Origin: Octopus vulgaris
Taxonomy: Eukaryota
Assembly (NCBI GenBank): GCA_951406725.2
Contig: OX597822.1
Coordinates: 35,340,001 to 35,404,000, forward strand
Reading direction: 5' to 3'
DNA: 64,000 nt
Position 1 is the first letter of the stretch. Every line of letters starts with the position of its first letter. The notes below the pieces were generated by a model. The model did not search any database. It was given only the letters and a program-made list of their open reading frames with translations, and had not been told where the DNA came from. Below are positions 12,686-26,554 of the stretch, one piece after another. The position numbers were made by a program, and so were the translations under genes.

Positions 12686-15600
12686 AATAATATATTCATT
12701 CGGGCGCTCTTTCTTTTATGCTAATCTACTATTTCTTTTTATTTTTACTTATTGGTATTAATTACTCAAGTAACATATGCATGTAATCACATTAAACTGC
12801 ATCTCTTTTTATATATTCTTTCATTGTTTTTATTCCTTAAAACTGGTACAAGGTCACAGAGGATGTAACAATGAAAACTGAAATCTACACCAGTAAATAA
12901 CTTATACTTATTTTGTCAACGCTACACAAAGAGAGGAACATCAACATTGACCTTGGTGAAACACGAACTAAGAACGTACAGAAATGAAACTTAGTATTGT
13001 GTGTCGTTTAGCTCAACCATGTCTGTCACTCCACAATCCAAATTTGTCTTAGATAAATATTGAGTTTCTACATTTGTATAAAGTGACACACATGCTTTGC
13101 GAGGAATATAGTCGATTTGTTTGAGATTTTATTTATCGACCCTGCAAGAATAAAAGACAAAATCTTTCTCATTGGGCTTTTAGCTCAGAAAACGTATACG
13201 TAAACACGGCAAACATTTTGTGCGATGCTTACATAATTTTGCTGAGCTATTACCTCAAGATGACTATTAAATAATTACAGTATTACAGCCAACCTTCACT
13301 CGCAAGAGAACTGGATTTGATGAAACGTGTAACATGCTTTTATTAACTGTTGCAAGTGCCTATGTAGTCGTGAACAAATATAGACACTCCCTCGCTCTCT
13401 TCATCCGACGGAAAATCAGATGTGACAGCTGGATGAAAACAGGACTGCACAGACACTCTGAACTCATTACACCTGAATTGACTGAAGTCACATGAAATAA
13501 TGTCATTTAGTCAGCGACACAATACCTAGTTCAGGAGCTGAACCCACAATCTTATGAGTATGAATTGACTATCCTAAGCACCAGGTCATGTGCCGTCGCA
13601 ACTGATAAGTAAGACATGCATTTACATTAATATCTGATTACTCAACTGCACATGTAAGAAACAAAACAAATTATGTCAACTACTATATAGTAAATGGTGT
13701 TATAAATATTCAAATTAATATTAACTATATTAGTCCACATCATGTTTTTTATCATTAAAGTAATTTATTTTTAGATCGTTGACTCCGATGTGTTTTCCTA
13801 GATTTACAAGCTGATAATTTTAATCTGTCTCCAAATTGAGTTTTATACAATATATAGCATGACAGCATACATAATACTTTGATTTAGGTTTTCCTGATGT
13901 CAGAAATGAATTCCTGGTCTAGTTTATCATTTCATAGTTTACATCCAAGTTATTAGCTGCCAGACAATTTAAATCTGTGAAAATTGCGAGAATTTTTTTG
14001 TCGGATAAGATTAAACTAATTTAAGAACCAATTAAGAAATTACGGACCTGTCTAGTTAATCTTTAACATCATCCATTATTTAACGAAGTCGACAGCGGAA
14101 ATATTTTTGTCATATTTGGCAAGGTGTAAGGAGGAGGTTAAATGCAAAAACAAGATCTTGTATGAGAAACAACAGGGAAAAAAGAGAGGCAAATGGAAGC
14201 CAGAGAAATGTAGGAAGAAACAACCTTTGGAAAGGAAAATTAGAAATCCATATGGTGTTTGTGATACAAAAACCGAAGGAGATGGTGGAAGGAAGTAGAG
14301 ATTCGGAAGAATGTTAAATGGATGAGGTGTGGTGTTAGACTATGCAGTAAACGTCATCGTTTATTCATCGTGGTATAGCTAGGGGCGATTCGAAAGCGGA
14401 ACGCTGTTGAAACTATTGCGTTGGAGAAAACTTTTGAGCAATTTATTTCTTATTTCCGCTTTCTATAAAATGCGAAGCATTTGTGCCTCGTCGAACGGAA
14501 ACCAAAGTGTATCCATAATATTCACCACAAAATAATACGCTTATAAACTACGTAACTAAGACTTATCAAAGTTAGCTACTTGTACGCTGTGAGTTCGAAG
14601 CTGACCTTTGCCGTTTGTTATTCTAACTTTCCTCCTATGAAATACGGGGCTTTTGTGCTTTTTTTGACAAAAGAGCCTAAAATACATATAACTAGAAAAT
14701 ATATAAAACAATAATTAGCAAATGTGTGACATAACTAAGCTATATGTATGCTGTTTCTACGCTCAGATATCCTATGTCACCAAGGTCGATATTACCGTTC
14801 ATCCTTTAGAGTTAATAGAATAAAATATTGAAGTATTGGATCTATATAATCATCTGTTTGCTCCCATCAAATATATGGCTTTGTATCTATGTAAGAAATC
14901 GATAAAGTGTATAAGTATTTATATTGCGACGAAACAGTTTATCGCTAGACCGCAACCAAACAATTTGTTGTAGGCGACCTTGAAACTTCCAGTCAATTTT
15001 AATTCCCAGTTGAAATGCATATTATTCAGCTATTAACCATCCAGAATGAATTGGATAAAAAGCAATTAAGCTATAATTGCTACAACTAATTGCGTTTGCC
15101 GTTGTTTATCAATAAAAGAAGTAGACAAATTATAAATAAAATTACATATTGTAATGATAAAAAAAGAGAGAACTGATTTCAGTATAAATAAGAATCATTC
15201 TATATAACACAGATGTCTGTAAGCACATCGGACAGGCTGTCAAAGGGTTAGAGGGGTCAGTCGTTTGAACTATCTGATAACTCAAGCATTACATTATGTC
15301 ATTCACCAAGATATGTAAATGTATCCGGTTCGTAAAACTACTTGTAGGTTTGACAACGTAACACCAAAACTTGGTTTAATCATCTGTAGAAATGACAAGG
15401 GTGGAGTTAGCTGTCGTGATTCATTCCAACTCCGATTTAGCTTGAGGAAGTCCACGCTCTCCTACACTACACCATCATAGTCAACCCAATAATATTCAAG
15501 CCAACAGGGGTGTTCCTATGTGGTCATTTGAACTGCTAGAAATAGCCGTGAAATATTCCTCAAATCTCACTCGACCGTCTCGGAAGATAACGTGGGGTAA

Positions 15601-16082
15601 TATGATCCTGAGTTCCATACACATGAGAGAAAGACGGGATGGTCACGGCTGGACTGCCTTTGATCAGAGGATTGCTCCATCAGGGCTAACCTGTGGCTAA
15701 ATAACTTATTCTAGACAATATGGGAGCTTCTATGAGGTCACATGATTTAACAGAAATAGCAGCCAAACCTCTATCAAATTACACCTGATCATCATAAATG
15801 TATTATAGAAGTAAATGAAGAGTATTATTTCAAGCGAGAATCGAAACCTTGTCGCAGAATGTCAATTAATGGAGAATTTATGGGTTTTAGAGAGTTTGTT
15901 ATCATTTCTCTTACTTGTTTCAGTCATTGGATTGCGACCATGCTGAGAAACCATCTTGAAGAAGTTTACTAGACCAAATTGACACCAGCACTTATTCAGT
16001 CGATCTGTTCTCTCGAACAGCTAAGTTAAGGAGACGTACAAAACTCGCACGCACCACCGCGTCTTTTTATGTCCTGTACCCA

Positions 16083-16124
<42 letters not shown>

Positions 16125-16199
16125 TGTCTGTGTGTGTAGATATGTACATATATGTATGTATATATGAATATACTTGTATATATATATATATATAAATAT

Positions 16200-16500
16200 A
16201 ATTTTTCAGTCATTTGACTGCGGCGTTGCTGGAGCACCGCCTTTAGTCGAAGAAATCGACTCCAGGACTTATTCTTTGTAAGCCTGTTCTTATTCTATCA
16301 ATCTCTTTGCCAAACCATTAAGTTACGGGGACGTAAACACACCAGCATCGGTTGTAAAGCGATGGTTGGAGGGACAAACACAGACACACAAAACAAATAC
16401 ACACACACACATATATATACATAGATATACGACTGGTTAGTCAGGGGCTACAGTGGAATACACTTTTGCAAGGTAGCCCACAGTAGAAACACACTCGAAA
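16200..16500 (-). mobile_element. SINE family A
   Basis: Reverse complement of the family A body and tail. Confidence 0.7.
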
Positions 16501-16761
16501 TCACGCATGCGCTTGCGCGTTTTTCTTTGTTTATATTTACTTTTTCTATCTGAGTTCATTATATATCATAGTTATGTGTGTCAGAAATTTGCTTTGTGGT
16601 GACCCAGTTTCAAATTCAGTCACATTGCGCGGCACCTTGGTCTTCGTTTCTAATTTAGTAATTTACAAATGCTTTGTTTGTGAATGATTCGATAGACGGA
16701 GACTATTTAGACATAGACTTACACACACGCACATGAGTGTTTGTTTGTGTGTGTGTGTGCG

Positions 16762-16796
<35 letters not shown>

Positions 16797-17484
16797 TTTA
16801 TTTCCACTGCTTGATAACGGGTGTTGGTTTGTTTACGCCCCAGTCATTTAGTGGTACGGCAAAAGAGACCGACAGGAATAAGTACTGGGCTTAAAGTGTA
16901 AGCACAGCGATGGATTCGTTCGACTAAGCCCATTAAGTCAGTGTCCCAGCATGGCAGCATTCCAATGGCTGTTACTAGTAAAAATAGAAAGAGCACAAAC
17001 TATACATATACCACACAGTACGCCGAAAGCAGCCAATAAAACTTATGTCAGTTCTACAATAGAACCGAGAAGAAATACCTCAGGGCATTTCAGTGCAGAG
17101 CTTTCAGAACTACATTGTGAAAGCCGCGCGAAGCAATGCAAAGAGCCAAGAACTGAGCAAATAAATTTCCAGTGTTTTTCTAATTTAAATCTCGTGACGA
17201 TTCCTTTCTAAGTAATTTGTTTACTCACAAAGCCCTACAGAAATTGTTCATTGATGTATGAATGAAAACTAAACGATGCTGTACATTGTCTATAGCTTAG
17301 ATAAATGACTTCTATACTATTCATTTCACTGTAGCAGTTTGAGAGAGATGGCGTTGAAAAACAAGAAGCAAGCGTATCGTAAAATTAAGGAATATTTGTT
17401 ATATCGTAATGCTAAGCTCGAATATTCTCTGAGCATATAGCTTGAATAAGCTACCGTAATCTCTCTTCTACTGAATGTGTTTTA

Positions 17485-18580
17485 AGGCGGTGAGCTGGCA
17501 GAGACGTTAACAGGTCGGGCGAAATACTTAGCGGTATTTCGTCTGCCGCTACGTTCTGAGTTCAAATTCCGGCGAGGTCGACTTTGCCTTTCATTCTTTC
17601 GGGGTCGATTAAATAAGTACCAGTTACGCACTAGGGTCGATATAATCGATTTAATCCGTTTGTCTGTCTTTGTTTGTCCTCTCTGTGTTTAGCCTCTTGT
17701 GCGTAGTAAAGAAATAGGTAATTCGTCTGTTTTTACGTTTTGAGTTCAAATTCCGCCGAAGTCGACTTTGCTTTTCATCGTTTCAGGGTCGATAAATTAC
17801 GTGCCAGTTAAGTGCTGGGGTCAATATAATCGATTGTCCCACTGTCCCAAATTTTCAGGCCTTGTGCCTATGGTAGAAACAATTATACATGTGGGTGGGT
17901 GTAAGGTGACGATCTGAAAGAATCGTTAGCACGCCGGGAAAGATACTCAGTAGCGCTTCGTCAATCTTTACATTCTGAGTTCAACTTACACCGAGGTTGA
18001 CTTTCCCTTTCATCCTTTCGGGGTTGATGAAAAAAGTACGAGTTGAGTACTGGTGTCGCTATAATCGACTTGTTTTCTTCTTCGAAATTGCTGGGCTTAT
18101 GCCAAAATTAGAAACCATTATATATGTGTGTGTTTGTGTAAGGCGCCGAACTGGCGGAATCGCTAGAACGTTGGACAGAATGCTTAGCAGTATTTCTCCC
18201 GATTAATTACGTCATAAGATCAAATTTCACCGAGATCGACTTTACGTCACCGAATCGATAAACTAAGTACCAGCTAAGTACACCAGTTACGTAATCGTCT
18301 AGCCGTATACCACCAATATTTCAATCCTTATTGCGTATGTGGGCTGGCAGAATCTATACTTAGCACATCGGCCAAATTGCTTCGTTGTATTCCTGCCAGT
18401 TTTACCCTCTGAGTTCAAATGCCAACAAGGTCGACTTTGTTTTTCATTCTTTCGAAGTCGATACGTAATTGCCAGATGACCAATGAGGTCGATGTAATCA
18501 GCTTACTCCCTCGCCCTAAAATTGCTAGCCCGGTCCCAAAGTTTGAAATAACTATATAGAGGTGGGGATCAAAATAGCTA
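17485..18580 (+). mobile_element. Cluster of head-to-tail SINE family D copies
   Basis: Repeated ggcggtgagctggcaga...gagttcaaattccgccgaggtcgactttgcctttcatcctttcggggtcgataaattaagtaccag, about five copies of differing divergence. Confidence 0.8.
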
Positions 18581-20630
18581 ACTGGGGTAAAATTAATAGT
18601 TACTGATTTCTCGTTTTTTTCCCACCTGTTTGAAACCATTATACAGTGATCCCTCGACTATCGCAGGTGTTACATTCCAAAACCCCACGCAATAGGTGAA
18701 AATCCGCGAAGTAGAAACAGTAATGTACAATATATTTTTTTTTAAAATCTATGTTGAGTCACTAAGAAGTGATAAATTACAGATCGCAATACGTAAATGC
18801 AAATTATCCTTTAATAGATTGTAGCTGAAATTATTCCATTATTTCAGTACACCGAGTTAAGTTTCTGTTCATTCACCTCGTAATCCGATCCTCTAATCCA
18901 TTGAAATATTAGCTGTTTTAATACGTTTTGAAATATCATAACAAAATTAAGAAGCAGACACTTTTATGTTTTTGTTGCTTTTCATTTTGTTTTGTTTTTT
19001 TAATATACTTGCATGAATATAGGTACGAAGATTGTGCTGAAAGAAATGCAAAATTGAGCATAGCTTTTTTGTAACTGATATAGAATGTTCAAATTCCACA
19101 TGTTGGCAGAGTAACTTTGCTTCTATAAAAAAAGATACTAAATGATTGAAAATAGTCTCTATCACAAGAAATGCATTTGAGCCGTCGTTGAAGGAAAGTA
19201 CACTTAAATTATAAAACAGGGGAATATGATTACATTATATTATGAACAGTAACTAACATTAAGCAATCTCTCGGTCTCAGTGGCATTGCCTTTAAGATAC
19301 TGAATGACTTAAGATATTATTAATGGGATACGAGACGTTAACGCGCCTCCGTTTTGACACAGCCGTTTCTGTGTCAATGATTAGACGTTGACTTATTTGA
19401 CATTTGTCGTTTTAATGTTTCTCACGCTCTCTCCCTCTTGCTCTCACACTCTCTTTATCTCTGTCTATTTCGGTCTTTCTCTCCGATTATGTTTGCGTGC
19501 ATATTTCTATTCGTATGTATGAGAGGAAAAGTGATTATGTCAATTGGGTTTATTCATTAAATTGTTATGTATATATATATATATATATATCTCACTCTTT
19601 CTCACTCACCCTCTCTATCTGTATGTGTATATTTCTGTGTGTTGTGTGTGTATTATCTTCCAGTGCCAAAACGTAGTGCCACCAAAACAGTTTGAACGTC
19701 CAATCAGATGCACCGAAACGTAAACATCAAAACGGCAGAGCTTGATCGTCTCATTCTGAATTTAGTAGGAATAAACGATGTGAATTTTCGAAATTGTTGC
19801 TTTTCACGATTGGATTATATTTCACACGTAAAATGGTTTTACACAATGTCACACTAAGGGGTCAGGTCGTGTATGGAGGAAAATGTAGACACCCAGCAGT
19901 CTGAGCTCGTAATACGGCTTCGAATGCATGTTGAGGCTTTCTTAGCAATGGAAGCCGCTGCAGCTTTTGTCATTTTATAAGATTAACTTAGAAACCCACG
20001 AGATGTCACTGGGGTGCGTATCATTGAGAAGTTTAAAAGAATTAAACATATTTTACTCTATATCTTATTTGGCATTCGACACTCGACATGTTGTTTCATG
20101 TGGCTGTGAAACTCCATTCGATTCTTCCTCATGTGTATATATGCGTTTATTTACACACACATACACACACATACGTGTGTATACATGTCTGCGTATGTAT
20201 ATATGCCTGCATATATGTATATGTCTGCCTCTGTGTGTGTGTGTGTGTGTTTCTGTGAATCAGAGAGAGAGAGAGGTGGGGAGCTGATCTGTGTTGTGTA
20301 TACAAGAGTCGATATACTACATATATGAGCAGACTGCAACATGAAATTTTGTCTCTCGAGACTTATTAATTTTTGTCTGAGTGCACGCACTCGCATGTAT
20401 GTTACATATGTGTGTGTGTCTGTATAAGAGTGTTACGCATGTATATGTGTGTGTTCGTATACGTTAGTGTGAATGTTATGTGCAAGTGTGTATGCGTATG
20501 TATCTGAAAAGCAGTTTGGGATTACCAAGAAAGCTGGACGAATTAATGTCTTCACTTGAATCTGTTATGCATTTAATGGTTTCAGTCATTGACCCAGCTA
20601 TGTAAGAGCTCTGACTTGAAGGGTTTAGGT

Positions 20631-20906
20631 CAGTGGTTCCCAAAGCGGGCAGTACTACCTCCTTGGAGGCGGTGAAAAGATCCGGGGGCGTTGAAGAAAA
20701 GTGGGATGATAATGGGATGGCTAAAATGGGGTGATACATGTAAAAAAATATTAACAGGTTAATTAGGTATAAGTTTTATTTGTGAAATATAGCTGTTTTG
20801 AATTTTCTGTGGAAAGTGGTCTATATCTGAGGTGGGGAGGGTGGAGTGCTAAGAGTGTGGCCTGGGTACCAAGGGGGCGGCAACCTAAAAAGTTTGGGAA
20901 CTAATT
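20631..20906. mobile_element. hAT (Charlie-like) MITE
   Basis: cagtggttcccaaa ... tttgggaactaatt termini; 8-bp flanks GTTTAGGT / GTTCAGGT fit a TSD with one mismatch. Confidence 0.6.
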
Positions 20907-21544
20907 GTTCAGGTGCGTTCACATATTTGAACGGAGCTTACTACGACTCCGAATAAGAAGGGCAGATGATATCAATGAATCAAAAATTCGTTTGAATTAA
21001 CAGGACACTCAAATATTATGGTGTCTTGTTTCTGTTTTTGTTTTAGCTTTTTGTTGTTTGTTTCTTGTTAGTTCCCACCCCACTTCCTAGGCAGAGTGAA
21101 CAGTTGTCAATACATATTTCTACTTTGATTGTGATTCTCAGCACAGTATTGTCCTTCCTTTACTCCTGTTAGATATAAAAACCTAGAAATATACGAAGAA
21201 TACACATCATTTGTAGCTCTAGAGCAGCGGTTCTCAACCGGGGTGCTGTGCAGTGAAACCGAACCCGGAAACCACGTATTGCAAAGCAACGATCTTAACA
21301 AGGAAATCATGTTTATCCGTTATTTATTCTTGCTTTGAAGGGAAATTTGTCTATTATTTGGTCAACGGTCAAATTTTTTTTATAAAAGTGATAATAAAAA
21401 ACGGCTCTAGCATTGACTCTAATAACCGTGCGGAGTACACACGTGACAAATCGAATAACTCAAACGATACAAGCATAATAATTTATCAAAGTTCTTGCTT
21501 AACCAGTTATGTCTTATGTAGCGAGAAACTTGGCTAATACACAT

Positions 21545-21700
21545 AATTGATGGCAAAAGAATAGAGGACATTGGAACGTGTTGCTGGAGAAGAATGCCAA
21601 GTATTTCTTGGATTGTGATGTTGCGCACAAATAATTCGATTCTGCAGGAAATTGGATAGCCTAATATATTATGTAATACAATTATAAGAAAGTAATTGAA
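21545..21700 (+). pseudogene. RTE-clade LINE remnant
   Basis: Plus strand reads IDGKRIEDIGTCCWRRMPSISWIVMLRTNNSILQEIG, resembling the RTE motif WCWRRMLRISW...TNEEVL. Confidence 0.55.
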
Positions 21701-22195
21701 TGTAGATATATTGAGAACAAATAACAATTTTTGGGGAAAAAAATTACAAAATTTGACATGATAAACTAGTAAAGAAAAAATGGGGAATCCGAAGACTGAG
21801 AGAGAATAAAGTGTTTCATGGAAAATTATACAAGTGGCAGAGAGAATTTATAATGGTCCGCAGCACCACAAGAGGGATGGTTTGACCGAAGTCAAAAACT
21901 AATACGAGTAGTATGTATATGTGTACGTGTTTGAGTGCGCGTATGCATGTGTTTATATCTCTGTTCACGCACAAAAACATACATAGGTGAAGAGCAACAA
22001 GAAAAGAAAAAGACAACGCAATTCGTCATTAGTACAATACATTCGAGTGAGTGTGTTTGTGTGCCTATAATACGTGTGTAAGACTGTATATGTGTGTGTG
22101 TGTGCGCGTGTGTATACAGCCATCCACCTCAGATATAAATATTATATGCATATAAATATAGATAGATAGATATCCAGCTGTACGGTTATGTAAGT

Positions 22196-22245
<50 letters not shown>

Positions 22246-22340
22246 ATTACTGTTTCTACTTTGCGGATTTTCACCTATTGCGTGGGGTTTTGGAATGGAA
22301 CACTTGCGATAGTCGAGGGATCACTGTATATATATATAGT

Positions 22341-22570
22341 GGAAGAGCGTGGCTTAGTGGTTAGGGTATCAGCATCATGATCGTAAGATTGTGGTTTCGA
22401 TTCCTGGACCGGGCGACGAATTGTGTTCTTGAGCAAAACACTTCATTTCACGTTGCTCCAGTCCACTCAGCCAGCAAAAATGAGTGACCCTATGATGGAC
22501 TGGCGTCCCGTCCAGCTGGGGAGCATATGCACCATTGAAACCGGGCCCATGAGCCTGGCTAGGTGGAAAA
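22341..22570 (+). mobile_element. tRNA-headed SINE family C
   Basis: gcgtggcttagtggttagggtatcagc...ggtttcgattcctgg head; near-identical copy at 57053-57300. Confidence 0.8.
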
Positions 22571-22632
22571 AAGAGTACTCAAGTACCAGAGGTAGAGTAA
22601 TATGCTTTATTTAAAAGCAGCAGAAATGTTGC

Positions 22633-22679
22633 AAAAGCTGTTACTCGGAGTTTCACGTTCCCGTTCGTCGGACAGTTTT
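22633..22679 (-). ncRNA. Type I hammerhead motif (left arm of palindrome)
   Basis: AAAACUGU-CCGACGA-ACG GGAA CGU-GAAA-CUCCGAG-UA|ACAGCUUUU. Confidence 0.7.
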
Positions 22680-22682
22680 AAC

Positions 22683-22728
22683 AAAACTGTCCGACGAACG
22701 GGAACGTGAAACTCCGGGTAACGGTTTT
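22683..22728 (+). ncRNA. Type I hammerhead motif (right arm of palindrome)
   Basis: AAAACUGU-CCGACGA-ACG GGAA CGU-GAAA-CUCCGGG-UA|ACGGUUUU; 8-bp stem I; GNRA loop on stem II. Confidence 0.7.
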
Positions 22729-22755
22729 GTTACATTGCTGCTGCTTTCACATATA

Positions 22756-22792
<37 letters not shown>

Positions 22793-22864
22793 ATAAGATC
22801 ATTAATTTAAATATCGATCTTATCAAGTGGCCTGTATGGGAATAAAAACCTTCAAAGGAAATAA

Positions 22865-23412
22865 TCTCTTATTATAAAAGGCAGATTTTATCTGCCTCCC
22901 TTTGGGAGTTATAGAAATCTACAATATAGGATTTCTTCAATTACAATTTACCTAGCATTTTTAAGAGTAGAATGCATCGGGTCATTCCAGGTCCAGTTTT
23001 TAAAATTTAAACTCCAATTAAGCAAAATTTACAGAAAACTCACATTCTGGTGTGTGTGTCAAATGCCTTTCTTAGTCTGGTTTACAGCACACGCAAACGC
23101 ACACACACAGTGTGCAACGAATAAAATGAAAGTAAATAGCGACAGAGTGATTTGAGGAAGACTAAACTGAAAGTATTTAAACCACTACTCAAAAAATAAA
23201 AAAAACACAGCAAACAGAAACAAATAAATACATAACCATTTACTCCTCACACAATTTCTTCAATTAGAATTTACCTAAGATTTTTCAAAGTACTCCATTC
23301 GCTCATGCCATAATATATTTCTTTCAATTTCACCCCCAATTAAGACAAAATTCGAGAAAACTCAATATTTTAACATTTCACTCCGAAAGCATTGATGTAC
23401 ATGTGTGCGTGC

Positions 23413-23473
<61 letters not shown>

Positions 23474-24339
23474 ATGGGTTGTGCGACACAGAAAGTGTGG
23501 TGTGTAAGTGAAGTGCTTTTGTTAGTGTGTGTAAAGAGACAGACAGAGTGAAAGACAGAAATAACTGAAGTTTTCACTATGATATCATCACGTGCGAAAC
23601 AATTCGAAGGGTTTTCAACAATTGAGATACAGATGTCACGCCTGTATTGAAACCATTGCTAAGCTGCCGTAATTGCTTAATTAAGACTTTGTTTAAATTG
23701 AAAGGGGCAAATATGTGACGAGGTTGAAAAAAAATACCCCAGAAAAAAAAATGTACTGCTGGTATTTATATAATTCACTACTATTTTGCTACAATGTCAT
23801 GAAAAAGGAAAAATTTAGGTATGTAAATCGAATTCGCCACCCCCTTTTCCCCGTTCGCGTTTGTGTAAAAAAATTATTATTTAAGTTTTAAAAATTATTT
23901 ACTTTGTTCAAAAAATATTAATATTAATTAATTTTCAAGAATTATTTAATTTTATTCTGTAAAATAGTAATTAATTCATTTATCTGTAAATCCGCGAGGT
24001 TGTTACTCAGGCACCTACATTGGTAACCTTCAACTAACACTATCTCCTCCGAGACCCTGCGGCGCAAGTTGACCAAAATTGAGAGTATGGTAGAAGAAGG
24101 GTTGCTCTTCCTTCCGTAGAACATAAAATTCAAATCGGACCATGTTAACACCAAAAATTATTTACATTAAAAAGATGCTTTTTTCTATGAAAATCCCTAT
24201 TTTTTACGATTTTTTCACTGCTGTGTCGCCACTTTTCGGTGTATTTCGACCAGAAAAATGTTCACAAAATTTTTACTTTTCAAAATTACAATTCCAGCGG
24301 GTCGAAACAAACCCGAGCAACGCCGGGCGATACTGCTAG
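22865..24339 (+). mobile_element. Non-autonomous Helitron
   Basis: A|TCTCTTATTATAAAAG 5' end; 3' hairpin cccgagcaacgccggg followed by CTAG|T. Confidence 0.7.
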
Positions 24340-24350
24340 TTATTATTACA

Positions 24351-24530
24351 ATTATAATTTAGGGTATCTAAGACATACCGCCACGCTGGAAATAGCAGCG
24401 AAAACCTGACTCTATAACCACATTAAATGTTCATAGATTTGTAGGAACATTTAATGTGGTTTATATTTTAGAGTCAGGTTTTGGCTGCTATTTCCAGCGT
24501 GGCGGTATCTCTTAAGTACCCTAAATTATA

Positions 24531-24533
<3 letters not shown>
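24351..24533. repeat. About 180-bp imperfect palindrome
   Basis: ataccgccacgctggaaatagcagc...aaaacctgactcta / tagagtcaggtttt...gctgctatttccagcgtggcggtat arms around a short loop near 24437-24451. Confidence 0.85.
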
Positions 24534-24571
<38 letters not shown>

Positions 24572-25088
24572 GTTAGGCAGAGAAGGGAAAAAATGGACGA
24601 AAATTGCGCGGAAACATAACGGACAGAAGAGGTAGACAAAAGCACGATACAAGGAACATTCACAGCTGATTTTCTCATCAGCTGGTTTCCGAGACGTCTT
24701 AGTGGTTTCAACGGGAGTACCAGAGCATAGACCTACAGGAAAAGACTGACGAACGTGTGCGAGGACAGAACAAAATAACATCGTGTGTACAATAAGAAAT
24801 AATCGTTTCTACTCTAGGCACAAGGCCCAAGATTTTGGGGGAGTGGGCCAGTCGATTAAATCGACCCCAGTACACACCTGGTACTTTATTTATCGACCCC
24901 GAAAGGATGAAAGGCAAAGAAACAGGTAGTAATAAACAGTCGACAACTGAGGAGGTGTTAGATTTCTTTTGGTATTATGTCTCGTACTTGTCCCTCGTGT
25001 GTGCTTATGTCCTGTACTTAATATGTATTTTTCATTTTTATTTAATAATTGAACGCCACGCAGCCTTTGACAACAGTAAGGTTTTACA

Positions 25089-25449
25089 TCTCTCTATATA
25101 TAAACGGCAAAATGTCTGTGCGTGTGTCCTTTATACAAATCCACAATTTTTCAGTTAGAGGGCTCGCACTTTCTATGGTCATTCAAAACCGTCCAAGGAT
25201 GTCGTGCACATCTTTACATTTCCCCAGTCACCCATCAAAAAGCCATTAAAAAACCAATAGAAGTGATTTTTTTGTGAATTTTCTATCCAAAACCCAATCA
25301 AAATGAACGAAACTTGATACGCCAATTGAATGCCAGCTCGCTGTATGTAATTGGTCAGAGATTTGGACAGTACTCGCGTGTATGTGCGCACGCAGCTGTA
25401 TATGCATGCACTAGCACTATGACCCGGCGCTGCCGGGTCATAGTGCTAG
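25089..25449 (+). mobile_element. Short non-autonomous Helitron
   Basis: A|TCTCTCTATATATAAA 5' end; hairpin gacccggc-gct-gccgggtc then CTAG|T. Confidence 0.7.
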
Positions 25450-26554
25450 TTTATATATAATTTCTGCGACTCTGTTCTATGCCTATTTTCTTTCTCTCTC
25501 TCCCTCTATAAGCCTCTATATTTCTCTTCCTCTCCTTCGTCGTTGTCCCCCGTATGTCCGTCTTTCTTTCACTACTTTTTCCTTCTCCCTTCTCCTCACT
25601 CCCTTTATTTCTTTCCCTCATCTTCTCTCTTGTCCCCTTTCCCCTCTGCCTGCTGCTCACACGTGACTACAGGCCATTTTCTTGTCTCTGTCTTTTCTGG
25701 ATGTGACGTCTTGTTTAGTCAGAGGTCAATTCTCTTGTCTCTCTGTCTTTTCTGAATGTGATGTCCTCTTAGTCAGAGGTCATTTCTCTCGCCTCACGAT
25801 AACTTTTTTCTCTTCTATTTATTCTATATCCTTTCAAAATTTCTCCCAGACGTTACTCATTACAATTCATCTTGGCCTAACGGCCTTAAACGCCTGTCTT
25901 CCGTCGATCGTTTCCATACGTCAACTCTGGTGTCGTTTGTTCGTTCGAATCCCTAACTCTCCACAGACTTTATATTTTAAAAAATTCTGAATGCGACTAT
26001 CTTATGAAGTTTTCCTGTCTTATCGATGTTGGTGTGTTTACTAAAGAGAACGATAGAATATGTACGAGGCTCAATCAAAGTAGATAAGTCCTGTGGTCGA
26101 TTTATTCGACTCATAAAGCCTTCAAGGTGGTGATACAGCATGGCAGAAGTCAGCTGACTATTTATCTGTAGACAGACAGACAGACAGACAGTATCTATCT
26201 ATATTTCTTCGAAATGTAATCTTGTTTTATATGTATCAAAAACAGACTGAGAAATAACATTTTTCTTTCATTTTTATCGTTAAATCTAGAAACGAAAAAG
26301 CGGCCAGAACCTGAAATATTTTGTCGAGGTTTGATGTAGCCTCCTTGCAATGATGCAGATAATAAAGATGCTAATACACACACACACACACACACACAAG
26401 TAGGTCATTCACTATACATGAATGGGAATTTGACACCCTTAAAACAATTTTGAGGTCACAAAATGAAAGCCTAGACGGCAATTGTTGATATGTTTACTAA
26501 TTTTAAAATATGGTTTCCTTTTAAAATTCGTATTCTAATAAACACTTTAACCAA

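Larger units (their letters stand above)
18644..22326. mobile_element. Pogo/Tigger-like TIR pair enclosing 3.7 kb of non-coding cargo
   Basis: About 85-bp near-perfect inverted repeats (18644-18728 and 22242-22326) beginning CAGTGATCCCTCG, with TA on both outer sides. No transposase seen inside. Confidence 0.7.
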
